Assembly: GCA_963754415.1 (NCBI GenBank)
Contig: CAVWGA010000001.1
Location: 290,494 to 354,493, forward strand
Length of the DNA: 64,000 nt
DNA from: Vulcanimicrobiota bacterium
GTDB lineage: Bacteria; Vulcanimicrobiota; Vulcanimicrobiia; Vulcanimicrobiales; Vulcanimicrobiaceae
Direction of reading: 5' to 3'
This document shows positions 39,557-48,097 of this stretch, piece after piece (position 1 is the first letter of the stretch; each line of letters begins with the position of its first letter). The notes under the pieces were generated by a model. The model saw only the letters and a list, made by a program, of their open reading frames with translations, was not told where the DNA came from and ran no database searches. Position numbers and translations under genes: made by a program.

Positions 39557-39774
39557 TTACTCCAGAATTTCAGTGCGGATGGACATGGCGTGAATGCGTC
39601 CGTCGGCTCGAGCCTCGGCAAGCGCCGCTTCGACCATGCGATGCCGATCCATCAACGAGACGCCTGCAAACGCGTTCGAACGTACGAACACATTGAAGTG
39701 GTCCATGGTGCCGGTCAAGTCGACGAATCTCCACCTGAGCGTCGGGCAGAGCGCTGCCGAATTAGCGCCGTCAT
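39557..39774 (-). pseudogene. bolA: BolA-family protein, frame broken in the first ~60 nt
   Basis: The C-terminal 55 aa FVDLTGTMDHFNVFVRSNAFAGVSLMDRHRMVEAALAEARADGRIHAMSIRTEILE match BolA. The ATG 39772-39774 (MTALIRQ) and ALPDAQVEI lie in two other frames. The span is not a multiple of 3. Confidence 0.6.
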
Positions 39775-39846
39775 CGCCTCGTTACGGATCATTACCCGAC
39801 CGCGGTTCGCGCGGAATGTACGAGGACCTTGGCGCCCAGGTATGGT

Positions 39847-40095
39847 TCACGGCGGTAACTGCGGTTGCCGGCGGCTCCGCCCGACGAGCAAAAATTCGCG
39901 CGCCTCCCGTAACGTCTCGGGAATGATCGTCGCCGTCCGTTCGAGCGTGCGGCCGGCGGATGCGGCCAGCACGATGCCCGCCGCGCCGAGCAAGATCGCC
40001 GGCACGCCACGCGCGCGCACCCGCTTCCCGAGCGAAAACCGGCTGGAACGCACGATGCCGCTCACGTCGAGCGGCCACTGGGTCAAGCGCTTCAT
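39847..40095 (-). CDS. Hypothetical ORF (very uncertain; region 39775-40228 not resolved)
   Basis: 82-aa ORF with one hydrophobic stretch (GVPAILLGAAGIVLAASAG). Neighbouring frames also look semi-protein-like, so a frameshifted gene may lie here. Confidence 0.2.
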   Translation of the reverse strand: MKRLTQWPLDVSGIVRSSRFSLGKRVRARGVPAILLGAAGIVLAASAGRTLERTATIIPETLREAREFLLVGRSRRQPQLPP

Positions 40096-40228
40096 GAGCT
40101 CTACGGTTGGCCTGCCGGTAAGCGGCGCCTGTCAGTACGCCTGCGCGATTTGCCGGTGTCGCGCGTGTTCGCGGGCAGCGGAGAAGCGGTGCCTTGGGAC
40201 GGGGAGGTGAAGCGCCGAGGATGACTTC

Positions 40229-41254
40229 ATGGAGGCTTCGGCCGCAATGATAGCCGTGCGCTTGAACGAGCTCGGCGGTCCCGAGAAACTCCACGTCGAG
40301 GAGATCGCCGCTCCCCGACCGGCCCCGGGCGAGATACTCGTGCGCGTCGAACGCGCCGCCCTCAATCGGCGCGACGTGTTCATCACTCAGAACCTGTATC
40401 CGGGAATCGTGTTGCCGCGAACGCTGGGCAGCGACGGCGCCGGCACCGTCGCTGCGCTCGGTGAAAGCGTAACGCTTCCAGCGGTCGGGACACGCCGTCG
40501 TCATCGACCCAGAACTCGGCTGGCAACGCGGCGAACGCATTCCGCGCTCGAGCGGCAATATTCTCGGGATGCCGACCGACGGAACGTTCGCCGAGTACGT
40601 CGCCGTACCGGCGGTCAATGTGTATCCCAAACCTGCAGCGCTTTCGTACGACGAGGCCGCCGCGTTACCGCTGGCCGGGTTGACCGCGTACCGCGCCGTC
40701 TTTACCCGCGGACGCATTACCAAAGACGATGTCGTGTTGATCACCGGCGTCGGCGGCGGAGTGCAAACGTTCGTCCTACTGTATGCGAAGCACGTCGGTG
40801 CGCGGACGATCGTCACGTCGGGAAGTGATGAGAAGTTGGAACGAGCGGCGCGCCTCGGCGCCGACGTCGCCTAAATTATAAGGCGGATCCCGACTGGTAC
40901 AAAGCGGCGCGCAAAGCCGCCGGCGACGGCGGCCCAACCTTGATCGTCGATGCCACCGGTGGCGAAACGTTCGCAAAGTGTCTCGACGTCGCACGGCCGG
41001 GTGCGCGGGTCGTGACCTACGGGGCTACGCGCGGCGATGCGACGATCCGTCCGTTTTCGATCTTCTGGAAACATCTCGACGTGCTGGGGACGTCGATGGG
41101 CAGCCCTCAAGATTTTGCTGCGATGCTGGCGCTCTTCGACAACGGTCTGCGGCCGGTGATCGACGAGGTCTTTCCGATCTCCGATGCTGCCCAGGCCGCG
41201 CAACGCGTCCTCGACGGAGCGCAGTTCGGTAAAGTCGTCCTCGCGCTCCGGTAA
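40229..41254 (+). pseudogene. Zinc-type alcohol dehydrogenase / NADPH:quinone oxidoreductase (MDR family), two frameshifts
   Basis: PAPGEILVRVERAALNRRD...GSDGAGTV. After ~40470: VVIDPELGW...GMPTDGTFAEYVAV...LTAYRAVF...VLITGVGGGVQ. After ~40868: NYKADPDW...IVDATGG...GKVVLAL. Confidence 0.8.
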
Positions 41255-41262
41255 CGGCCGGC

Positions 41263-42126
41263 TTACACGGCCTCCGGCGCGTCGAACTCCGCGAGCTTCT
41301 CCATGAGAGCGATGCGCTTCGGCAGCGCGAGGCGCGCGAGGCGACGCCGCAGGACGGGAACCGTCGAAGCGCTGATCGTCCGTGCTTCAGGCGGCGTGTC
41401 CCAAAGGAGATCGCTAACGATCGTCCGCAGCTGGGCCGCCGCCGCCAGCGCTTTTCTTTTGATATCCGCCGTTAACGCGGTCCGTAAGGGCGCGACGAAG
41501 CGCTCGTAGTCGGGTGCCGCAATCTCATTGACGAGCAGAGCCATCCCGGTGACAGGTTGGGCGAGCATGGATTGCAGCGTATCGTAGGCAGGCGGGACGC
41601 GTTTGCGTTCGGCATCCGCAAAGAGCGTTGACCAGGGCAAGTGCTCGGTCACATAGTAGAGATTGATAACGTCTTTAGCTTCAGCTCGATCTTCATAGGC
41701 CGAGATCTTGTTCGCCGCAAGATCGCGCAAACTATAGACGCGGATTTTTAGCGCGACGGAACGTTCCGCCGGAAGAACGAGGCGCACGTCGTTCGCGAAG
41801 TCGACTCGAAGCCGCACGTTATCTTGGATGACGACTGCTCGAACGAACGTCGTGCTGCGCCGTTCGAACTCGACCGCGAACCCCGCACGCTCGACACGGC
41901 CCAGAACCGCCGCCGCCAACGTGTCGATTCGATCGGCTTGTGTGAACAGATCGAGATCGTCCGAGTACCGGTGATGCAGGTGAGCGCGAGCCAGTGCAGT
42001 GCCGCCGGCGAGGGCGCGGTCTTCGTATTCCCCTGCGATCGCCAGGACGCAATCCTGGAGCGGATACAGTCTGTCCACGTACCACGTGCGCTCGGCCTCC
42101 GTCGCTGTCCGGAACGGCACGTCCAT
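41263..42126 (-). CDS. AbiEii/AbiGii-family nucleotidyltransferase (DUF1814; type IV toxin-like)
   Basis: LAGGTALARAHLHHRYSDDLDLF is the hallmark GGTAL...R.S.DlDlf nucleotidyltransferase motif of AbiEii. 287-aa intact ORF. Confidence 0.75.
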   Translation of the reverse strand: MDVPFRTATEAERTWYVDRLYPLQDCVLAIAGEYEDRALAGGTALARAHLHHRYSDDLDLFTQADRIDTLAAAVLGRVERAGFAVEFERRSTTFVRAVVIQDNVRLRVDFANDVRLVLPAERSVALKIRVYSLRDLAANKISAYEDRAEAKDVINLYYVTEHLPWSTLFADAERKRVPPAYDTLQSMLAQPVTGMALLVNEIAAPDYERFVAPLRTALTADIKRKALAAAAQLRTIVSDLLWDTPPEARTISASTVPVLRRRLARLALPKRIALMEKLAEFDAPEAV

Positions 42127-42215
42127 CGCTGCTCGGTTCGACTATCGGCAGCCGGTACCCGGGAAGCGCGCCGTGAATGCGGCGTTAGGGGTGAATCGAC
42201 GACGAAGTCCCGATG

Positions 42216-43142
42216 CTACGACAGTGAAGATCGCAGGGCGTTGTGGCGGCGGCGGACGGTACGCCACGCTCGATGCCAAGCGTGGCGGCCGGCCTCTGCG
42301 GCGTCGCGTTCGCGCTGGGCCAGTTCTCCCTCGACGAAGGCGACGTGGCCGCCGGCGGCGTTGTCGGCCAGTTGGGCGGCGGCGAGCGTTGCATCGTGCT
42401 GATCGCCGAGCACGAACTGCAAGCGTTCGGCAGCCTTCGCCAAGCGGACGGCGCCGGCGCCGAGCACCGGGGCCAACGCCTCTGCGGCATAACGTACGTA
42501 TTTCGCTTTGATACGGATGCCGTGTAACTCGTCATCGGTCGCAGGCCGGCTTCTTCGGCGCACGCGCCTGCGCACACGGCGAACGGCCGTGTTCAACAAT
42601 GCGGCTCCGTGATCGTATGCGCACGCGTCCGCGTGCTTGCCTGCGGGTGGCCGCTGCGCTGCGCCGACGAGCTCATCCAGCAAAGCGACGTAAGAAGTCC
42701 GCGCCATGAGGGTGAGGAGACGGTCGTACGCAGCCTCGCGTTTGTGGCGAAACGCAGCCGTCGCTTCCGGTGTCCATCGTATGTCGCCCGGCGGCAATGT
42801 CGCCGCATCGCGTTCGATGCGCGCCAGCAGGACGTCGGCATCGCGCGCCTCGCCCAGCGCGTTGCCGAGCCAGCGCAGCTTTTCGGCTATCGGCGCCACG
42901 AAGCCGTCTGCGAATACGCAGTCAAACGTCGTGAAGTCGGAACGTAAGCGACGCACCGATGTGCGTGCCTTGTGGACTGCATTCGCACTGCGTTGGACGC
43001 GGATGGCAGCGTCGCTGCGGATGATACGCTCGACCGATCGGCCTAAAGCCGTCTGCAGCACTTCAAGAAGACTCGAAGTCGGCCCGAGCCGCTGCGCGCG
43101 GGGGGCGACGTAGCGCACGAGCCGCTCGGGAAGTGGCGTCAC
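42216..43142 (-). CDS. CHAD domain protein (polyphosphate-binding helical domain)
   Basis: Repeated basic helices with VHKARTSVRRLRSD, LGEARDADVL, LHGIRIKAKYVRYAAE and LGDQHDA. GTG 43140-43142 overlaps the MBL stop (GTGA). Confidence 0.8.
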   Translation of the reverse strand: MTPLPERLVRYVAPRAQRLGPTSSLLEVLQTALGRSVERIIRSDAAIRVQRSANAVHKARTSVRRLRSDFTTFDCVFADGFVAPIAEKLRWLGNALGEARDADVLLARIERDAATLPPGDIRWTPEATAAFRHKREAAYDRLLTLMARTSYVALLDELVGAAQRPPAGKHADACAYDHGAALLNTAVRRVRRRVRRRSRPATDDELHGIRIKAKYVRYAAEALAPVLGAGAVRLAKAAERLQFVLGDQHDATLAAAQLADNAAGGHVAFVEGELAQRERDAAEAGRHAWHRAWRTVRRRHNALRSSLS

Positions 43143-44062
43143 GAGCTTCGCCGGTACGCTTCGATGCGGTCGACGTCCTTATCATAGCCGAGTTCGGCGG
43201 CGGCGACGGCAGCGCTTTGCGGGTCGGTAAGCGCGCTGAGATCGGGATTGAGGATAGCCCGTTCCTCGGGCGCTAACGGGCGCTCCAGCGTGCGCGAACG
43301 GACTGCCCCTTCGCGCTCGAGTGCGATGAGGTAGGCGAGAATCTGCCGCGCCGCCGCGGGCCAGAGGACGCGTGATACGTCGGCGTAGAGCGTTGTAACG
43401 AGTTCGGGAATCGTGCATTCGCCTCGCTCGAGCGCCGCAACGAGCTGCTGTTCGCGCGCCAAGCGGTGCGCGATGTACTCGTCGAGCTTGGCGCGCGGTT
43501 CGTTGATCGCATCGCCGTGACCGCCGTAGATGACACGCACATCGGGATAGTCGGCGCGCAGCCGGCGTAACGTTGCGATGTACGCGCGCATATCGCCGCG
43601 TGGCGGAGCGACCACGACCGTTCCGCGGCCGACGACGACGTCACCCGTAAATAAGATCGTACGATCTGCGAAAGCGTACACGAGGTGGTCGTCGGCGTGC
43701 CCGGGTGCGTCGAGCGCACGCAGGCTCACGCCACCCACTTCGATCGCGTCTCCGTCGCACAGCGTTACATCGTGCGGAAAGCGGGCATTCGCGTGCCCGT
43801 ACACCGGTGCGCCCGTGCGCCGGTGCAGCGGCCCGGCGCCCGGTGCATGGTCGGGATGACCGTGCGTAACGAGAATCGCTTGCAGCGGAACGTTATGCGA
43901 CGCAATCGCCTCGAGAACTGCGTCTTGATGCGGGCGATCGATCGGTCCGGGATCGATGACCAGCGCGCCGCTTGCACCGAGCACGATGTACGTATTTGTG
44001 CCATCGAGGGTCATCGGCGAGGGATTGGGAGCGGTGATGCGGACGACGCGCTCGCTCACCAT
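43139..44062 (-). CDS. MBL-fold metallo-hydrolase
   Basis: GTNTYIV...ILVTHGHPDHAPGA...APGHADDH...GH ligand pattern. C-terminal winged-helix-like extension. Confidence 0.85.
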   Translation of the reverse strand: MVSERVVRITAPNPSPMTLDGTNTYIVLGASGALVIDPGPIDRPHQDAVLEAIASHNVPLQAILVTHGHPDHAPGAGPLHRRTGAPVYGHANARFPHDVTLCDGDAIEVGGVSLRALDAPGHADDHLVYAFADRTILFTGDVVVGRGTVVVAPPRGDMRAYIATLRRLRADYPDVRVIYGGHGDAINEPRAKLDEYIAHRLAREQQLVAALERGECTIPELVTTLYADVSRVLWPAAARQILAYLIALEREGAVRSRTLERPLAPEERAILNPDLSALTDPQSAAVAAAELGYDKDVDRIEAYRRSS

Positions 44063-44803
44063 GCGTCTTCGTCCTGCGGCAGCACGATCTCGCCGCTTGG
44101 GGTTTCAATCGGGCGGACGGGCGAGACGAGGCGTTGCCGCGCATGCGCGAGCAACGGCTCGACCGCATTGAATCGAGCCAGCCGCTCGAGGTGCTTTCGC
44201 GTCGGGAACATGATGCTCAACGCGTTTCGTCGTGCAAGTTCGAGTGCATCGCGCCGGCGCAAACCACGTTCCGTCATGGACTTCAACGGCGTCAGCCGAC
44301 GGTACTTGATCGCTCGGCGCTCGTGCGATGAAAAAATGCGTATCGAATCGGATCCTTTGTGTCGGCGGCGTGATCCAGTTCGAATAGTGCACCAGCGGCG
44401 CTGCATCAAGTCGCAGATCGTGCTCGGCAAGCGCCGCGGAAAAGGAGCCCCGGGCGGCGAGCGCAGCGCGCAGTGCGCTTGCGACCGTGGGTGCGACGAC
44501 GGCCCGGATGCCACCCGGATCGCATGCGAACAGGATACCGGCTTCTTCGAGCAATTCACGCAGCGCCGCCACGATAACCGGCTGCGGGACCGGTCCTGCT
44601 GCACCATGCAGACGCGCAAGCGTCCGACCTTCCGCGTCGCCCGGCTCGACGGCTCCGCCCGGAAAAACGAACGCTCCGGGCATGAAGCGACTGCTGCCGC
44701 TGCGCCGCGTCAAGTAGACCTCGAGACCGCCCGGCGCGTCGCGGAGCAGCATAACGGTTGCGGCGGCGCGCGGAACTCCCGCCACCGGTAAAGCGTTGTC
44801 CAC
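44056..44803 (-). pseudogene. NUDIX hydrolase, one frameshift near 44254
   Basis: FVFPGGAVEPGDAEG...AALRELLEEAG (Nudix box GX5EX7REUXEEXGU). After FAP the sequence continues in ORF 44056-44619 as RDALELARRNALSIMFPTRKHLERL. The stop overlaps the MBL start by 7 nt. Confidence 0.75.
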
Positions 44804-44808
44804 GGTGT

Positions 44809-45225
44809 ATGAGCGCGCGTTTCGTCGTCATCGCTGCGGCGGCCCTGGTCTTGACGACGGCCGCCGGCGCAGGCGCGCAACAGCCGGCCCAACCCGTTCC
44901 GTCCCCCACGCCGATCAATCTGCCCCCGCTGCCGCCAAGCACGCACGTCGATCCCTATACGCGCGCCGCGATCGATCTGCTGACGGGCGCCGTCAATCGC
45001 GCTATTGCAAATATCGGTAACTCCACGTCTGGACGCGTGTCCTACTTCAAACGCTTCGACCTACAAGTGCAGACCGGCGCATCATCGTATCGCGACGTAC
45101 ACCTGCATCAGGGCACGATCATCGATCCACGTGGGACGACGCTCAGCGCCGGACAGTACGTCGACGTCAGCGGCGTGGCGCGGTCCGATGGTTCGCTCGA
45201 CGCGAACGTCATTACCGTCCGCTAA
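44809..45225 (+). CDS. Secreted hypothetical protein (DUF5666-like OB pattern)
   Basis: Signal MSARFVVIAAAALVLTTAAGAGA, a Pro-rich linker, and C-terminal GQYVDVSGVARSDGSLDANVITV. Confidence 0.5.
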   Translation: MSARFVVIAAAALVLTTAAGAGAQQPAQPVPSPTPINLPPLPPSTHVDPYTRAAIDLLTGAVNRAIANIGNSTSGRVSYFKRFDLQVQTGASSYRDVHLHQGTIIDPRGTTLSAGQYVDVSGVARSDGSLDANVITVR

Positions 45226-45314
45226 GCGGACGTTGCAATCCACGGCCGACAGCCAACCGTTATCGTAACGGCACTACCGGCGTACTTTCGCACTCATTTA
45301 AGGAGGAAACATTT

Positions 45315-45929
45315 ATGGTCCAACGCTTTGCGGCTGCCGCAACTACGGTTGCGCTCGCCGCGCTTCTGGCGGCACCGGCGTTCGCGCAAAGCTCGATGGC
45401 GGGCAGCATGTCGCACAAGGGGCACATGTCCGGCAAGATGTCGAGCAGCATGATGAAAGACCCGATGGTCGGCGGAGCGATGATGTACCCGTCGAAGAAC
45501 ATCGTGCAGAACGCGATGGCGTCAAAGGATCATACGATCCTCGTGTCGCTCGTCAAGAAGGCCGGCCTCGTCTCGACGCTCGAAGGGCCGGGCCCGTTCA
45601 CCGTCTTTGCGCCGACGAACGCCGCTTTCAACAAGATCCCCAAAGCCGCACTCGACAAAGTCGCCGACAATAAGGCGCTGCTCAAGAAGGTGCTGCTGTA
45701 TCACGTCGTTCCCGGCAAACTGAGCGCAGCCGACATCGCATCTAAAATCAAAGCCGGTCATGGCAAGGCGATGCTCAAGACGGCCGAAGGCGAGTCGCTG
45801 ACCGCCTCGATGTCAGGTGGAGCGTTGACTCTGACGGACGCTAAAGGCGGCAAAGCGACGGTGACCACGCCGAACGTGTATCAGTCCAACGGCATCATTC
45901 ACGTCGTCAACGCCGTCCTGATGCCCTAG
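45315..45929 (+). CDS. Fasciclin (FAS1) domain protein with Met/His-rich N-terminal segment
   Basis: AAGGAGG upstream and a signal peptide. TVFAPTNAAF...LLYHVV...NGIIHVVNAVLMP FAS1 motifs, preceded by SMAGSMSHKGHMSGKMSSSMMKDPMVGGAMM. Confidence 0.85.
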   Translation: MVQRFAAAATTVALAALLAAPAFAQSSMAGSMSHKGHMSGKMSSSMMKDPMVGGAMMYPSKNIVQNAMASKDHTILVSLVKKAGLVSTLEGPGPFTVFAPTNAAFNKIPKAALDKVADNKALLKKVLLYHVVPGKLSAADIASKIKAGHGKAMLKTAEGESLTASMSGGALTLTDAKGGKATVTTPNVYQSNGIIHVVNAVLMP

Positions 45930-46811
45930 ATGTCCGAACCGGTCGGGCGCGGCGAAGAACCGGGCCTGCCGGATTGGCCGGTGCAGTACGTGGTTACGAG
46001 CGGTCTCAGTGAGATTCGTTCGGTTCCACCACCGGTAGAGAGCCGGAGCGGCGTTCGCAGACCGAAATTGGAGCGCGTCACGGGACCGGTGAAAGCCGGT
46101 CCCGTAGCCTTGTGGGTGATCTCCGATGAGGCGTCAGCGCCTGAGGCGTCCGCACCGCCGAGCTCCCGTTGGCACCGCTACGAGGCCGCCGCAGTTTTCC
46201 TGTTCTCGTTCTTACTCGCGGCGTTCGTCATCAAAGAAAAGTCCGGCGTCGAAGCGTATCTATCGCGCATAGGCCCCGTCGCCTACCCGCTCGCCATCCT
46301 CATCTTCGCGGTCGTCGCTGCGGCGCCGTTTTCCGTCACCGACGCCCTGGCCATCATGAACGGCGTCATCTTCGGACCGTGGCGTGGTTCGATCGTCAAC
46401 GCGCTGGGACTCGTCATCGCGGCGGTAGGCGGATATGCGATCGCACGCCGGACGTCCCATCTGTTGCAAATCCAAAGCAACGTCGAGCGTCTGCCCTCGT
46501 GGGTGCGGCGCTTTCGGGTCGGCTCGCCGCCGTTTCTGCTGACATTGCGTCTAGTGCCTGGACTCGGCGGGACGTTAGCGACGCAGATCGCAGCGGCTTT
46601 ACGAGTGCCGATGTTCGTGCATGTCTGGACGATGTGCGCCGTCGCCGTCCCGGTCTGCACGCTGCTTGCGATCTTCGGCGATCGCGTTGCCGCGACCGTT
46701 CACGACTATTACGAAGCGCACGCGCCGCACGTGCACATCCACATGCACGTGCACATCCCTAGAAGCCTCGATATTTTCCACCGGCATCATCGGTCACGCA
46801 GTCACCCGTGA
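45930..46811 (+). CDS. TVP38/TMEM64 (DedA-related) membrane protein with His-rich C-terminal tail
   Basis: The ATG abuts the fasciclin stop. Core IMNGVIFGPWRGSIVNALG...RLVPGLGGTL. Tail HAPHVHIHMHVHIPRSLDIFHRHHRSRSHP. Confidence 0.75.
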   Translation: MSEPVGRGEEPGLPDWPVQYVVTSGLSEIRSVPPPVESRSGVRRPKLERVTGPVKAGPVALWVISDEASAPEASAPPSSRWHRYEAAAVFLFSFLLAAFVIKEKSGVEAYLSRIGPVAYPLAILIFAVVAAAPFSVTDALAIMNGVIFGPWRGSIVNALGLVIAAVGGYAIARRTSHLLQIQSNVERLPSWVRRFRVGSPPFLLTLRLVPGLGGTLATQIAAALRVPMFVHVWTMCAVAVPVCTLLAIFGDRVAATVHDYYEAHAPHVHIHMHVHIPRSLDIFHRHHRSRSHP

Positions 46812-48015
46812 ACGTGACCCTCGTCGAAGATGCCGTCGCCCTAGCTGCGCTATGCGCGCGCATCGCCGGCGCAGAACGCATCGCGCTCGATACCGAGTTT
46901 CACAACGAGCGCTCGTATGCGGCTCGCCTGATGGTCGTGCAGCTCGTCGTCGGCGATGAAGTCGTTCTCGTCGATCCGCTGCGCGTCGCGGACTTGCAGC
47001 CACTCGCCGCCGCCTTGTCGACGAAAATGGTCGTCGGGCACGCTCTGCGGGGGCGATCTGAAAATCTTTGCCGACCGCTTCAATACGCTGCCGGCGGCTG
47101 CGTTCGATACGCAGTTGGCCGCGGCGTTCTGCGGGTACGGCATCGCGATCTCTCTCGGCGACCTCGTGTACGACATCGCCGGCGTGCGGCTGCGCAAATC
47201 GCACACGGTCAGCGATTGGAGTACGCGCCCGCTGAGTCCCGGACAAATCGATTACCTCGTCGACGACGTCCGCTATTTGTTCGCATTGCAGGACCGGCTG
47301 ACCGAACGGCTCCACGCGGCGGGACGGTACGGCTGGTTCACAGACGATGCGCGCGGACTGATCGATATCGACCGCTTTCGTCCCGACCCCGAACGGCTAT
47401 ATTTGCGCGTACCAGGAGCGATGCGCATGAGCCGCCGCGAGCTCGGCATTCTCCGCGAGCTGGCAAATCTGCGCGATCAGCTCGCGCGCGAGCGAGACGT
47501 GCCGCTCAAGTATATCATTCCCGACGACGTGATGGCGCCCATCGTCTCGCTGCGTCCTAGCCGGCGCGACGATCTCGCAGCCTTGCGCCGGCTAGATGCC
47601 GGCATCCGCAAGGCATTCGGCGAGCGCATCGTTGCTGCCGTCGCTGCCGGCGTGGCTCTCGACGAAGCGGAGCTGCCGCGCAAGCCTGCGCGGCCGCCGG
47701 GTTCCGAGCGTGAAGCGATCGCGTCCTGCTTGTCGGTACTGGTCAATGCAATCGCCGCTGATAATGGTCTGCCGCCGGCGTTGCTCGTTACGCGCACCGC
47801 GCTTAGAGCGCGTCGCGCGCGAGTCGGCGGTGACGGCAGAGGAGGTGGCCCAGGTGCTGGAGGCAGGGTCGTGGCGAGCGCAGTTAGTCGCCGAACCGCT
47901 ATCCGCTTTGCTTTCCGGCGAGATTGCGTTGACGATCGACGGCGTACGACGCGGAACGCCGCACGTCGCGCGCGTTTCGCTATCGTCCGGCCGCACGCCG
48001 CTGCTAGCGGAGTGA
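46808..48015 (+). pseudogene. rnd: Ribonuclease D, two frameshifts
   Basis: IALDTEFHNERSYAARLMVVQL (DEDD exo I). After ~47047: GGDLKIFADRF..., SDWSTRPLSPGQIDYLVDDVRYL, and the HRDC region RELANLRDQLARERDVP. After ~47805: ERVARESAVTAEE... GTG 46808 overlaps the TVP38 stop (GTGA). Confidence 0.8.
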
Positions 48016-48097
48016 CGCCTGGCCCGGGGCGCTGCTGCACTGCGCCAGCGCGCCGGCACGGGGTCGCGCTTGGGGTCTAGCGAAAGCGCTCCGGGCA

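Noticed and set aside
39782-40816. 344-aa ORF on the minus strand
   Set aside because: It is mostly antisense to the quinone oxidoreductase. Only its 3' part (39782-40228) lies in an unresolved region, which I list separately at low confidence.
42127-42215. Search for an AbiEi-type antitoxin upstream of the AbiEii-like gene
   Set aside because: The gap is only 89 nt with no ORF. The next gene is clearly a CHAD domain protein, not a winged-helix regulator.
46727-46758. 14-bp direct repeat as a slipped-strand phase-variation tract
   Set aside because: Only two copies are present, with an 18-nt in-frame period. It simply encodes the HVHIHMHVHI part of a His-rich tail.
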